Assembly (NCBI GenBank): GCA_964529905.1
Contig: CAZGXJ010000003.1
Coordinates: 2,245-66,244, forward strand
DNA from: an uncultured Nitrososphaeria archaeon
GTDB lineage: Archaea; Thermoproteota; Nitrososphaeria; Geothermarchaeales; JDFR-13
Length of the DNA stretch: 64,000 bases
Reading direction: 5' to 3'
In this document: one piece after another, positions 20,213 to 30,727 of the stretch
How positions within the stretch are numbered: the stretch's first letter is position 1
How the letters are laid out: the number at the start of each line of letters is the position of its first letter
Notes under the pieces: generated by a model
Databases searched by the model: none
Told to the model about the DNA's origin: nothing
Seen by the model: the letters and a program-made list of their open reading frames with translations, nothing else
Program-made: the position numbers and the translations under genes

Positions 20213-21469
20213 GTGATGAGGGGAGTCAAACTCTTTATCTCAATATTTTTAATATCCATAACTGTAAATCTGTTTATATCCTCAGGCATAGCTATATCTG
20301 ATGAGCTCCTACTAATTAGGATAGATGGGACTATAGATGCCGGATATAGCGATCTAGTTAATAGAAGGTTATCTAAAGTATTGCCTGGCCAACCTGTATT
20401 AATAGTTTTGAAGACGAATGGCGGATATCTAAAGCCTACACAGGATATTGTATATGCGATAGTTAACTCACCTGGAAATGTAACTGTATATATACCTCCA
20501 GGGGGATACGCTTATTCGGCTGGGGCATATATAGCTATATCCTCTGATATACTCGCTATGGCACCTGGATCCGTAATAGGATCAGCTGAACCTAGGGATT
20601 TAACAGGTGGATCCGATCCGAAGGTCGTTAATGCAATGGCAGAATGGATAGCTAGCCTAGCCGAAGCTAGAGGTAGAAATGTTTCTGCAGCTGAATCTAT
20701 GGTTAGAGAAAATCAAGACTTTACCGCTAGTGAGGCATATAGATACGGGATCGCCGATATATTGGCTCAAGATATCTCTCAACTACTTAAAATCCTTGGA
20801 TGGGATGGATACAATATAGTTGAGGTTAAGAGGGATACCAGAAGCCAATTACTAAGTCTATTATCCAATCCCCTATTAGCTGGTATCCTCCTAGACCTAG
20901 CTGCGATATTAATTTTGGTGGAGCTTATCCATCCAACATATATTGGCTTTATAGTAGCTGTAACACTACTTGTCCTATCCTTCCTAGGTCTAGGTTATCT
21001 AGGTGCAGATGCAACAGCTATAGTATTGCTTCTACTCGGAATCTCAGCTATTATTATGGAGACATGGGTTGGGGAGGGTGAATTGGCTACGGCGGGAGCC
21101 ATTCTAAGTGCTATTGGGATTGTAATGCTATATAGATCTGAGCATTTTATATGGACATTCAACTATCGATTATTCGTATTTGGAGGATTAGTAATTATAG
21201 TATCTTTAGTGGGTTTCCTCGGGTTTTATCTACATAAAATCAAGGAGGTTATCATGAGGGGGAAGAGCCCACTAGATCTAGATGTTTTGATCGGTAAGAC
21301 TGGCGTAGTTAAGGAGGAGATTAGACCGGGTAAGATGGGTGTAGTATTAGTCGAATCTGATCTCTGGAGTGCTGTTTCCGATGAAGAGATCGGGGTGGGT
21401 GAGAAGATAGAGGTAGTAGGTATAGAAGGAGTTATTCTAAAGGTCAGAAGGATAAAAACTAGGTCTTAA
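20213..21469 (+). CDS. nfeD: NfeD-family membrane-bound serine protease (stomatin operon partner)
   Basis: Signal peptide, ClpP-like domain with AYSAGAYI and DPK, TM bundle, C-terminal OB domain (GVVLVESDLWSA). Confidence 0.92.
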   Translation: MMRGVKLFISIFLISITVNLFISSGIAISDELLLIRIDGTIDAGYSDLVNRRLSKVLPGQPVLIVLKTNGGYLKPTQDIVYAIVNSPGNVTVYIPPGGYAYSAGAYIAISSDILAMAPGSVIGSAEPRDLTGGSDPKVVNAMAEWIASLAEARGRNVSAAESMVRENQDFTASEAYRYGIADILAQDISQLLKILGWDGYNIVEVKRDTRSQLLSLLSNPLLAGILLDLAAILILVELIHPTYIGFIVAVTLLVLSFLGLGYLGADATAIVLLLLGISAIIMETWVGEGELATAGAILSAIGIVMLYRSEHFIWTFNYRLFVFGGLVIIVSLVGFLGFYLHKIKEVIMRGKSPLDLDVLIGKTGVVKEEIRPGKMGVVLVESDLWSAVSDEEIGVGEKIEVVGIEGVILKVRRIKTRS

Positions 21470-22631
21470 TCTCCAGATTTTTGATAAGTTTCTTAACCTC
21501 TTCTTCAGCCTCCTTATAATATTGTATAATTAATTGGTCTCCACTTCTTAACTTCCAACCTTTTATAGGTGGGTTTAGATACCAATATCCACCTCTCTTC
21601 AATGCCAATATATCTACCCCGAATTTACTTAGGTTTAGCTGGGCTATCTCCTTTCCATCCAGTATATCCGGAATCTTTAAAACTATATATCTTTCATCGG
21701 TCTTCTCAAGTATACGTTCAATAATTGGGTGGGGCGAACCGCCTTTTCTAATGCTATATGTCATATCTATCGCTGCATCCGCTAAATATTCACATGAATC
21801 TATAAACTCTATAAGCGCCAATTTCTCTTTGTTAGATAGTTGGCTATCCTCCATAACATTCAACTTTAACTCCTCCGTGATCTCATCTATTGTCTCCTCC
21901 ATCGACTCTAACTCATAGGCCAGATCCTTTGAGGATGTGAATAATGTGCTATAGGCAATATCGATCATGAACTCACTTAGATTCTTTATATAGATGATGT
22001 TTTCAAGTATATCTCTATTTAACTTCAAACCACTTGCCTCCTTCTCCACTCCATGGAGTCTCAAAACTTTCCTAATAGTACTTGTTAATCCTTTAATATA
22101 GAGTTTATCTCCCTTATATAATGTGAAGTCTTCAGATGGGGATATTATAAATCTACCGCTTCTCCTCACAGCGACTACATCGAAGACTTCCTGAATATCT
22201 TCATAAATCTCTTTAATAGTCTTTGATATAAATGGACTATTCTCATCTACTTCGAATACGAAGATAAAGTTGGTAGCACTATTTATAAATAGATAGTCTC
22301 CAATATCTATGGTTAGATGTTCATGGGCTAGTTTGGCTATATCTAGGCTTACCTCACTTATCTTATCGACCGAGGAGACCATATCAAATACAGATAACAT
22401 CTTAGTTGCGTCTTCCCCATCTCTAGTAGCTAAGGAGGCCTGCATTATCAATAGACTCTTTAAATAATCTATCTTATCGTCCAACATCTCCATCTCTACA
22501 TATAGAGACTCATCTCTAAAGAATACGCTGCAGAAGGCGAGACTCATCATGATCTGAGAAAGGTTTTTTAGTCTTATCAAGAGGTCTGTCAATGGTATAG
22601 GTTTATATTCTATCTTATCCTCCCCAGCCAA
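21459..22631 (-). CDS. Tandem PhoU-like/TrkA-C (RCK-C) domain protein
   Basis: Internal duplication KNLSQIMMSLAF / KNLSEFMIDIAY, each followed by an RCK-C-like (A.RR.G...P....L..GD.L) segment. Confidence 0.8.
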   Translation of the reverse strand: MAGEDKIEYKPIPLTDLLIRLKNLSQIMMSLAFCSVFFRDESLYVEMEMLDDKIDYLKSLLIMQASLATRDGEDATKMLSVFDMVSSVDKISEVSLDIAKLAHEHLTIDIGDYLFINSATNFIFVFEVDENSPFISKTIKEIYEDIQEVFDVVAVRRSGRFIISPSEDFTLYKGDKLYIKGLTSTIRKVLRLHGVEKEASGLKLNRDILENIIYIKNLSEFMIDIAYSTLFTSSKDLAYELESMEETIDEITEELKLNVMEDSQLSNKEKLALIEFIDSCEYLADAAIDMTYSIRKGGSPHPIIERILEKTDERYIVLKIPDILDGKEIAQLNLSKFGVDILALKRGGYWYLNPPIKGWKLRSGDQLIIQYYKEAEEEVKKLIKNLEIKT

Positions 22632-22760
22632 TCTCTATATACACCTCTCCAAAACAAAATTATATGGGGGGATATAGATATCTTTAAATACATTTTTAAA
22701 TGTATATCTCCCCCTCCCCTCCAAAGATTTTTAACTATTCATCCATATAATATATATGGC

Positions 22761-23747
22761 ATGTCCACAAAAGAAGTTATAAAGATTCCGGATAGGATAG
22801 TTAAACAGCTGCTGAACGCCCATTATGGAGTATATAACCATTCAACTGTTGAGATATGTCACTGGACTAAGAAGAGTGTGAAGAATCAAGGTGTATGTTA
22901 CAAGAGGGTATTCTACGGCATCGATAGCCATAGATGTGTGGAATTTAGTCCTGCTGGTATGATGTGTACAATGAAATGTATCTTCTGTTGGAGGCCAATG
23001 GAGTTTATGAAGAAGGTTATAATGACAGAAGATGAGGTTGATGATCCTATAGATTTGATGAATGGTTTGATGAAGGAGAGGGCTAGATTAATGAGTGGAT
23101 ATCCAGGTATGCCAGGAGTCGATCTTAGGAGGCTTGAAGAATCTAAAATACCTACTCATTATGCAATCTCTCTATCGGGTGAACCTACTCTCTACCCTAA
23201 ACTTCCCGAGCTGGTCAAATATTTAAAGAGTCTACCATCGACTAGAAGTATATATATTGTATCAAATGGTCTCCAACCAGATATGATTGAGAGGTTGATG
23301 GAGGAGGACGCCCTCCCCACACAGTTATATATATCAATGTCTGCACCTAATGAGGAGTTGATGTATAAGATAGATAAGCCTCTATATCCAGATGCATGGG
23401 ATAGATATATAAGGTCTCTAGAGCTGTTATCCCAGGTAAATACTAGGACTGTTATCAGGATGACTATGATTAAAGATGTTAATGCATTGGATGAATATAT
23501 CCCAGAATATATTGAGCTTCTAAAGATCGCTAATCCCCATTTTATCGAGGTTAAGAGCTATATGCATCTAGGTTATTCAACTAAGAGGCTTAGAAAGAGT
23601 AACATGATGAGCTTCGAGGAGATTAAGAGGTTTGCAAGGAAGATTCTAAAGGGTTTAGATGGGTATAGATATATGGATGACTATCCACCTTCAAGGATAT
23701 CTGTGTTACAGAATATGGTTAGATATGTGGATAGATGGATACCCTAA
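22761..23747 (+). CDS. taw1: 4-demethylwyosine synthase (radical SAM, tRNA-Phe modification)
   Basis: CHWTKKS, CYK..FYGI.SHRC, CTMKCIFCWRP, AISLSGEPTLYP, EVKSYMHLG. Confidence 0.95.
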   Translation: MSTKEVIKIPDRIVKQLLNAHYGVYNHSTVEICHWTKKSVKNQGVCYKRVFYGIDSHRCVEFSPAGMMCTMKCIFCWRPMEFMKKVIMTEDEVDDPIDLMNGLMKERARLMSGYPGMPGVDLRRLEESKIPTHYAISLSGEPTLYPKLPELVKYLKSLPSTRSIYIVSNGLQPDMIERLMEEDALPTQLYISMSAPNEELMYKIDKPLYPDAWDRYIRSLELLSQVNTRTVIRMTMIKDVNALDEYIPEYIELLKIANPHFIEVKSYMHLGYSTKRLRKSNMMSFEEIKRFARKILKGLDGYRYMDDYPPSRISVLQNMVRYVDRWIP

Positions 23748-23885
23748 TACATTACTTAAGCTATAAAGCTGATAAAAAATTTTTTAAGATAATACGCTGG
23801 GTCGACGATTGGTCAGCCTAATAACCCTTTAATATTTTTAATTTCGATATTGAGATATGTGTACATACCTTGGGAGGTTTAACTA

Positions 23886-25682
23886 ATGTGGGATATTGAA
23901 TCTTTTAAAAATGGTTTAGAATATCTTGATGGTCTATATAGGGATAGGCTTGATAAGATTAGGGATCTAGACATTGACACTGGTGATCTGATACGTGGTT
24001 TGAACGTTGGAGATGCTAAGAAGTATCTTCTGGAATACTTTGGTGAGGGTGAATATAAGGCCCTAGGTATAGATGGATCGATGGAGTATACGGTGGGGCT
24101 AGACGTTATAACAATGTTTGTAGCTGTAGCTGGATATACGTTAAAATTTAGGATTGGTAGGGAGGGTGACATAACTCTCAACTTCAGCGATGTCGAGAAG
24201 ATGGATGCATATAGCATATTTAAGGTTATCCCATTCTGGTTTGAAGATCTAAATGCGTTTAGTGGCGTATCAAATCTATTAGATGATAGGTCCCTAGGTA
24301 AGAGTATAGAATCTATACCTAGGAGTGTCATGACTTTCGGGGAATTCCTATTTGCATATCGAGCGTTGAAATCGGGAGATATCAAAATAGTATTTTTGGA
24401 TAGACCTATTGCAAGTAGCTATGGCCCATATTTCAGAGATGCTAGGGAGCTTATCCTCAGATATAGAGGGGGGATATTTACGTCTGAAGGCTCACCTCTA
24501 GGCCCCATACCCCTAAGAGACCTCTATCTAGCTATATATTTTGGTCCGGACCCCTCAATGATCTCTATCGAGTATAGACCTGGATATAAGATGCATTATA
24601 TTATAAATAAGATGGTTAATTTAGCCTATGAAACTGGTTCAGAGGAGATAGATGTACATATGTTGATGAAGTATCTACCTGATAGGGTCTCAATCGATAG
24701 GCTTTTAAAGAAGCTGGATCAATTTAATAATGAGTTTTTGGATGGATCCTTGATAGATGACATATCACTAAATAGGGTTGTCCTTAACAGGGGTATATAT
24801 AGGTATTGGGATAACGCCTTTAAACTTGTCGATGTCTTTACTAGGTCTCTTCTATATGGGGGTGTGGGTCAGCACCCTCTATATATCAATGGGAAACCCA
24901 TGACTGTCAAAGAGATAAACACATTAACCCTTTTACTATTATATGAGTTGAAACGGGTTGAGGAGGAGGTCGGGGGATTAATTATAGGTATTGGTAAGGA
25001 TACATCCGTTACTGATTTGAATAGGTCTGTAATACCATATCTAAAGAGTGTCGGAAGCTCGATAAACATAGAGACGGTCTCGACAAAGTCGGATAGGAAT
25101 ATGTTAAATATTTTATCGGCACTATTTAGGGATAAATTCCCTACTCCATGGAGGACAGCTGGATATGATAATATATTCTCGAGTCTAATACACGACGGCT
25201 CAGACCTTATACCTGCTAGGAGAAAGGCAGGAGTATCAAGTCTACTTGTTAGAAACTATTTCCAGCTTAGAGAGGTTAGATATCTGGATGACCTATATAT
25301 ACGTAGCCCCATATTCTTCTACGATAGATTCATAAGGGATGGAGACAAGAATTTTATGAGGGATGTAGAACTTAGGCATGTCACAGGTAAATATAGGTCT
25401 AAGATATATCTAGAGTTCCCAGAATCCAATCCATTGGATAACATGATCCTCTATATACTTAGAGCTTTTGATAATGACCAGATAATAGAATCGGCTGGCC
25501 ATAACTATCTACTATTTATAGCTGATAAGGAGGTTAAAAGGATGATTAAAACAATAAGGTCTTCAGTATCTAAAGTTGTTGAGAATACTATGTATAGAAT
25601 GATTAGGAGGTATAACATATACATACTTACAAAGAGTTTTAGGGAGTATAGGGCTCAACTCGAGAGGAGGCGGAGGAGATGA
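23886..25682 (+). CDS. NurA-family nuclease, unusually long
   Basis: ALGIDGS, VFLDRP, IGIGKD, GHNYLLFIADKEVK; translationally coupled to a HerA ATPase. Confidence 0.75.
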   Translation: MWDIESFKNGLEYLDGLYRDRLDKIRDLDIDTGDLIRGLNVGDAKKYLLEYFGEGEYKALGIDGSMEYTVGLDVITMFVAVAGYTLKFRIGREGDITLNFSDVEKMDAYSIFKVIPFWFEDLNAFSGVSNLLDDRSLGKSIESIPRSVMTFGEFLFAYRALKSGDIKIVFLDRPIASSYGPYFRDARELILRYRGGIFTSEGSPLGPIPLRDLYLAIYFGPDPSMISIEYRPGYKMHYIINKMVNLAYETGSEEIDVHMLMKYLPDRVSIDRLLKKLDQFNNEFLDGSLIDDISLNRVVLNRGIYRYWDNAFKLVDVFTRSLLYGGVGQHPLYINGKPMTVKEINTLTLLLLYELKRVEEEVGGLIIGIGKDTSVTDLNRSVIPYLKSVGSSINIETVSTKSDRNMLNILSALFRDKFPTPWRTAGYDNIFSSLIHDGSDLIPARRKAGVSSLLVRNYFQLREVRYLDDLYIRSPIFFYDRFIRDGDKNFMRDVELRHVTGKYRSKIYLEFPESNPLDNMILYILRAFDNDQIIESAGHNYLLFIADKEVKRMIKTIRSSVSKVVENTMYRMIRRYNIYILTKSFREYRAQLERRRRR

Positions 25683-27445
25683 GGATAGAAAACTTATTTG
25701 ATGAGTTGGATGGAAGACTGGAGGCAAAGGTCAGGGATTATAAAATTGAGAGTGTGAGGTTCCAATTCCACGGGGAGCTCTCGATATTATCGGAGGGTAT
25801 AGCATATATAGACGCGGAATTCGATCTCGATATATTCGATAGACTTCATAAACCAGCTATTATTGGTGTCGAGAGGATGGTTGGTGATTCCCTATGGTAT
25901 ACAATCTTCGAGGTTACATCCGTTAAGGCATACCATTTGGAGATGGGAAGTCTTCAGCCTGATATTCCTCCACTACTTAAATGGGATACTTTGGAGAGGA
26001 TTAGGGAGAGCTGGTATGGAGGCGGTGAGAATTGGATGTCAATCATAGCTGTGAATACGGGATATAGAATTAGGTATTACGATGATGGTGAGGTGGAAGT
26101 TATAAAGGATAATCTAAGCCCATTGATAGGGTCTAAAGCCCATTTAATGAGTGCTGAGCTATATGGCCTACTCATTAATAAGCCTACTACCACATCAATA
26201 AATATAGGTAGGATAGTCGGATATGACTTAGATACCTCTATAGATATATATGCATTGTTTAGGTATCACACAGGTATATTTGGTTATACAGGAACTGGGA
26301 AATCAAATTTAATATCCGTATTGATTAGGGAGGCCATAAATCGACTTGACGATTTAGCAGTAGTCGTTATAGATATCTCAGGCGAATACCCTATCAACCT
26401 ATTGGATCTCCTATCTGAGGTAGGTGAAATATATCTGGATCCATCTATACCTATGGATAGATTTGTCGAGACGACTATATATCCAGAGACATTTGGGGAT
26501 CTATTGAAGCGAAACAATATTGATCCGGAAAATGTATTGGAGGTTTTAAGAGGTATACCTAAGAAATATCTGGAGTCTACACCCCAGTATCTAACAGTGT
26601 ATCATACCATTGAAAGTATTAAGGAGGCTATAGGGAAGGTCCATCCACATCTAAAGCTTCCACTTGAAAGGATTAGGAGGATCCTATATGGATACGACTT
26701 CGACCAATATGTATATGAAATTAGGGATATCTCGACTAATGACTGGAATGAGATTATAGCCACCATTAACTTTGTAAATAGCCAGATTAAGAGGTCCACA
26801 GCTGTGAAGGATCTCTTAAATGGTTTACTGGCAACCATGCAGGTTAAACCCGAGGAGGGTGATAGGAATCCTACCACGTATCAACTATCAAAGAAAATAT
26901 TGTTCGGCGGAGATAAGCGACTATATTTAATCTACTATCCAGAGGCTAACCATGCTAGGGAGTTAATATATAAACTTATAAAGACACTCTTCAATTTCAG
27001 GAAGCGAATGTCTGGTGGTAGAAACATTTTATTGGTTGTGGATGAGGCCCACGAATTTATGCCTAGGGACTCTAAGAAGGAGAATTTTACGTTATACTCT
27101 AGTGAGGCATTAGAGCTCCTATTTAGACAGGGGAGGAAGTATGGAATAGGTGGTTGGATAGCTACTCAGAGGGTTGCCCATCTAAATACAAATATACTCC
27201 AACAGCTCCATAGCTACTTCATATCCGTACTACCTAGATCATATGATAGGAGTGTGATAGCGGATACCTTCTCGATAAGTAAGAGTGTAGTAGATAATGT
27301 AGTTAACTTTGATAAGGGTGAATGGCTATTTATGAGCCATGTAGCTACTAGATATCCCAGTATACCTGTCCGGATCAAAGCTAATAATAATGAGGAGATA
27401 TTAATTAAATGGCTTATATCTAAATGTGGAAATATTAACTCATGA
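25679..27445 (+). CDS. HerA/FtsK-family ATPase
   Basis: HTGIFGYTGTGKS (Walker A), LLVVDEAHEF (Walker B), RQGRKYGIG..IATQR. Confidence 0.9.
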   Translation: MRIENLFDELDGRLEAKVRDYKIESVRFQFHGELSILSEGIAYIDAEFDLDIFDRLHKPAIIGVERMVGDSLWYTIFEVTSVKAYHLEMGSLQPDIPPLLKWDTLERIRESWYGGGENWMSIIAVNTGYRIRYYDDGEVEVIKDNLSPLIGSKAHLMSAELYGLLINKPTTTSINIGRIVGYDLDTSIDIYALFRYHTGIFGYTGTGKSNLISVLIREAINRLDDLAVVVIDISGEYPINLLDLLSEVGEIYLDPSIPMDRFVETTIYPETFGDLLKRNNIDPENVLEVLRGIPKKYLESTPQYLTVYHTIESIKEAIGKVHPHLKLPLERIRRILYGYDFDQYVYEIRDISTNDWNEIIATINFVNSQIKRSTAVKDLLNGLLATMQVKPEEGDRNPTTYQLSKKILFGGDKRLYLIYYPEANHARELIYKLIKTLFNFRKRMSGGRNILLVVDEAHEFMPRDSKKENFTLYSSEALELLFRQGRKYGIGGWIATQRVAHLNTNILQQLHSYFISVLPRSYDRSVIADTFSISKSVVDNVVNFDKGEWLFMSHVATRYPSIPVRIKANNNEEILIKWLISKCGNINS

Positions 27446-27533
27446 TATATATATGAGGAATGTAAATGACTATATGTGAGTAATATCTCCATAATAGCAG
27501 TAGTATAATAATATAATATGGGAGGCGTATGGA

Positions 27534-27944
27534 ATGAAGGAGGTTAAAGAGTTAAGGGAGTCTTCTCCTGAGATTTATCCAGTTGATATAGGATTAGTTG
27601 TTAACGAGATAATAAAGATGATTGAGGAGTCTAAAGAGATTAGGTTTAGGAAAGGGAGTGTAAGCAAGGTTATAGAGTTGGGTCAGGCGGATGGAGATAA
27701 CTCATGGAGATATTTTCTAACGTATTATCCATCTACCGGTGACTTTACGATCTCATTAAAGAGGTTTAAAAACCAGTCAAACTCATTCGCTATTTTAAAG
27801 ATAACTGATAAGATTACAGAGGTTGAATCTTTTGAAGATTTCATTGAGAGGGTTGGTAAAGCATATCTAATTTTAAAGGATTTGAAGAAGAGATATTTGA
27901 AGAGGGAGATTGAGGAGGTAAAAAAGAGGAAGCAGCTTATTTAG
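27534..27944 (+). CDS. Hypothetical protein
   Basis: 136-aa ORF with GGAGG upstream and host-like codon use; no motif recognised. Confidence 0.6.
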   Translation: MKEVKELRESSPEIYPVDIGLVVNEIIKMIEESKEIRFRKGSVSKVIELGQADGDNSWRYFLTYYPSTGDFTISLKRFKNQSNSFAILKITDKITEVESFEDFIERVGKAYLILKDLKKRYLKREIEEVKKRKQLI

Positions 27945-30572
27945 CTAGGCTACGACACAGGCTGTCCATCCACAGTCTAGGCATTTGAGGCAATCTTCAC
28001 TATATATCAGTGCCTCACTTCCACATTCAGGACATGTTAAGATCTTACCCTTTTTACGGGAAGATATATCAGATTCTTGAGCCCTTGTAGTCAGCTGTAT
28101 AGTTGCCTGAGCCAATACTGTGTTGACTCCTGAAAGGGTAGGCTTCTCTATTCCGAGACTCTCTAATAGATCTAACGTCTTATTTTCCACGATGTCAAAA
28201 TATTTACCTCTTTTCTGGCTTGGGGTAACTAGAACCTGGACAGTCTTAGACCCATCTCTATAAATGGTTATTCCTTTTACCCCTAGTCTATAGCTGAATA
28301 GATATGCCTTCTCAACATCATCTACAGTTACCCAGTTGGGCATATTGATCGTCTTGCTTATCGACTCTGTTATCCATAACCCCGCTTCATACTGCATCCT
28401 AATATGGTCCCACCAAGGAATATCATATGCGACTGGAAATACCTTCTTTAAATCGTCGGGTATCTCATCTAATCCCTGTAGACTCCCTCCATTGTCAGCT
28501 ATCTTCTTCAATATATCTTCCCTGTATAAGCCCTTCTCCTTTAATTGTCTCTCGAACTCTAGGTCTGTGTAGAAGAATACACCTACGGTTACCCTCTTTT
28601 CATATACTAATGCAAATATCGGCTCTATACCAGATGAGACGTCGACCAGCATGGATATCGATCCCGTAGGTGCAATTGTTGATACACCTACATTCCTAAT
28701 TCCATACTTCCTTATCTCCTCCACCAAACCATCCCAGTCAAGGGTCCATATGTCTCTCCTATAGTATCCTCCAACTGGCATCTGGCCATCTCTATATCCA
28801 CTCTTCTCATATAGTGGGAATACCCCCCTCGTCTTGGCCCTCTCCACACTCTTCTTCATCGCATAGTATGTCAGATGCTCTGTAACCTTTCTGGTAAATT
28901 TAAAGCCTTCTTCACTATGATATGGAATCTTCAATGCGGCTAATGTATCAGCTAGCCCCATTATCCCTAGACCTACCCTTCTTAGGGATATCGTTCTCTC
29001 CTCAATCTTCTCAATTGGGTATTTGTTTACATCGATTACATTGTCTAGGAATTCATAAGCCGTCTCAACTGTTTTATGGAAGGCATCCCAGTCAAACCAT
29101 GTAGATCCATCTTCATTAAACCTTACAAAAGCATATAGATTTATACTTCCAAGATTACATGACTCATATGGATATAGAGGTTCCTCTGAACATGGGTTGG
29201 TGCTTCTAATTAGCCCCAGGGAATTCTTCATCACGTTATATGCATTTATCTTGTCTAGAAATAATAATCCTGGATCTCCTGTCTTCCAGGCATATTCAGC
29301 TATTAACCTAAATAAGTTCCTAGCTCTAACCCTCTTAACCTCCAGACCAGATCTGGGATTTATAAGTGGATATTCTCCATCCCTATCCAAAGTCTCCATA
29401 AACTTGTCATTTATCATTACCGATATATTGAAGTTTTCTAGTATACCCTCCTCTTCCTTAGCCCTTATAAATTTCTCTATGTCTGGGTGCCATACCTCTA
29501 ATATACCCATATTAGCCCCTCTCCTCTTCCCGCCTTGTTTTATGACGTCGGTTATCGTATCTATAATCCTCATGAAGGATACCGGCCCACTGGCCACGCC
29601 GGAGGTCGATGAAACTATATCTCCCTCAGGTCTCAGCTTACTATAGTTAATACCTACGCCTCCCCCGCTCTTAAATATCATTGCAGCGTCCTTTGCTGCC
29701 TGCATTATACTCTCGAGATCGTCATCCATATCTAATACGAAGCATGCTGAAAGCTGTCCAAGTCTAGTTCCAGCATTGAAGAGAGTAGGTGAGTTAGGCA
29801 TAAATCTCTTGCTTACCATTAAATCGTAGTATTCCATCATCTTTTCAGCATATTTAGAAAATTCTCCCCTCTCCAACATAGATAGGAATTCGCTCCATGA
29901 TACCTTCATCTTCCCCTCTCTATTCAACCTATCATATAGATACTTCATCCTCTCTAGATGATATCTATTCCAAAATATCCTTTCTCCATTGTCCAGGCTG
30001 AAGCCATATTTATATTCATGCTCTTCAGGATTAAACTCCTCTTCTTCATGGATATTCTGTCTCCCCTCTTTATCATATACTCTTGGGTCATACAATAGAT
30101 CCGGTATCACGATCGTCATCGCGACTCTCTGGAATAACTGTTTTGGACTTTCAATTACCTTCCCCTCATCATCTTTTAATAGGTACCTAGCCGCAAGTAG
30201 TCTTATAGCATTTAAGCTAAACTTTTTATCAACTTCATCTAATTTATCCTTGTTTAGGAGCAACATCTTCTCCTTTCTAATCTTCTCCCTTTCCTTTCTA
30301 TAGAGTATATAGTTTTTAGCGACCTCATAGAGGTCAAATTTTACTAGGCTAAATTCCACTATATCCTGTATCTCCTCAACTGTGGGTATTCCCTCCTCGC
30401 CATACTTTTCATTTAATATTTCAACGATATACACCAATACTTTATTCAGGGTATCCACATCATATTTATCGGCGCTGAGCATAGCCTTCTTTATCGCGTT
30501 CCTTATCCTATTCAGATCGAAGTCAACTATCCTACCATCTCTCTTAACTATTTTCTTAACTAAAACCTTCAT
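27945..30572 (-). CDS. nrdJ: Class II (adenosylcobalamin-dependent) ribonucleotide reductase with ATP cone
   Basis: IVKRDGR ATP cone, PNSPTLFNAG, LSACFV, TNPCSEEPL, TIAPTGSIS, C-terminal CPECG...C..CGW. Confidence 0.95.
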   Translation of the reverse strand: MKVLVKKIVKRDGRIVDFDLNRIRNAIKKAMLSADKYDVDTLNKVLVYIVEILNEKYGEEGIPTVEEIQDIVEFSLVKFDLYEVAKNYILYRKEREKIRKEKMLLLNKDKLDEVDKKFSLNAIRLLAARYLLKDDEGKVIESPKQLFQRVAMTIVIPDLLYDPRVYDKEGRQNIHEEEEFNPEEHEYKYGFSLDNGERIFWNRYHLERMKYLYDRLNREGKMKVSWSEFLSMLERGEFSKYAEKMMEYYDLMVSKRFMPNSPTLFNAGTRLGQLSACFVLDMDDDLESIMQAAKDAAMIFKSGGGVGINYSKLRPEGDIVSSTSGVASGPVSFMRIIDTITDVIKQGGKRRGANMGILEVWHPDIEKFIRAKEEEGILENFNISVMINDKFMETLDRDGEYPLINPRSGLEVKRVRARNLFRLIAEYAWKTGDPGLLFLDKINAYNVMKNSLGLIRSTNPCSEEPLYPYESCNLGSINLYAFVRFNEDGSTWFDWDAFHKTVETAYEFLDNVIDVNKYPIEKIEERTISLRRVGLGIMGLADTLAALKIPYHSEEGFKFTRKVTEHLTYYAMKKSVERAKTRGVFPLYEKSGYRDGQMPVGGYYRRDIWTLDWDGLVEEIRKYGIRNVGVSTIAPTGSISMLVDVSSGIEPIFALVYEKRVTVGVFFYTDLEFERQLKEKGLYREDILKKIADNGGSLQGLDEIPDDLKKVFPVAYDIPWWDHIRMQYEAGLWITESISKTINMPNWVTVDDVEKAYLFSYRLGVKGITIYRDGSKTVQVLVTPSQKRGKYFDIVENKTLDLLESLGIEKPTLSGVNTVLAQATIQLTTRAQESDISSRKKGKILTCPECGSEALIYSEDCLKCLDCGWTACVVA

Positions 30573-30727
30573 ATGGATATCCCTCAGAGAAATTGCTCGG
30601 TATTAAATATAGATAGTATTTCAAGATATTTAGCTCTCTAAATAAGGGGAGGGGTGAGTGAATGTAAATCATATATACCTCATTCAATTCATAAATGTTA
30701 TATAAATATAAAAATTAAACTTTCTAT

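Noticed and set aside
22503..22520. tagagactcatctctaaa, resembling the island motif
   Set aside because: It lies inside a conserved CDS and its spacer is one base shorter; treated as chance
27945..30572. Intein in the ribonucleotide reductase
   Set aside because: The extra segment after the ATP cone lacks C/S...HN splice junctions and LAGLIDADG motifs, and the catalytic motifs are contiguous
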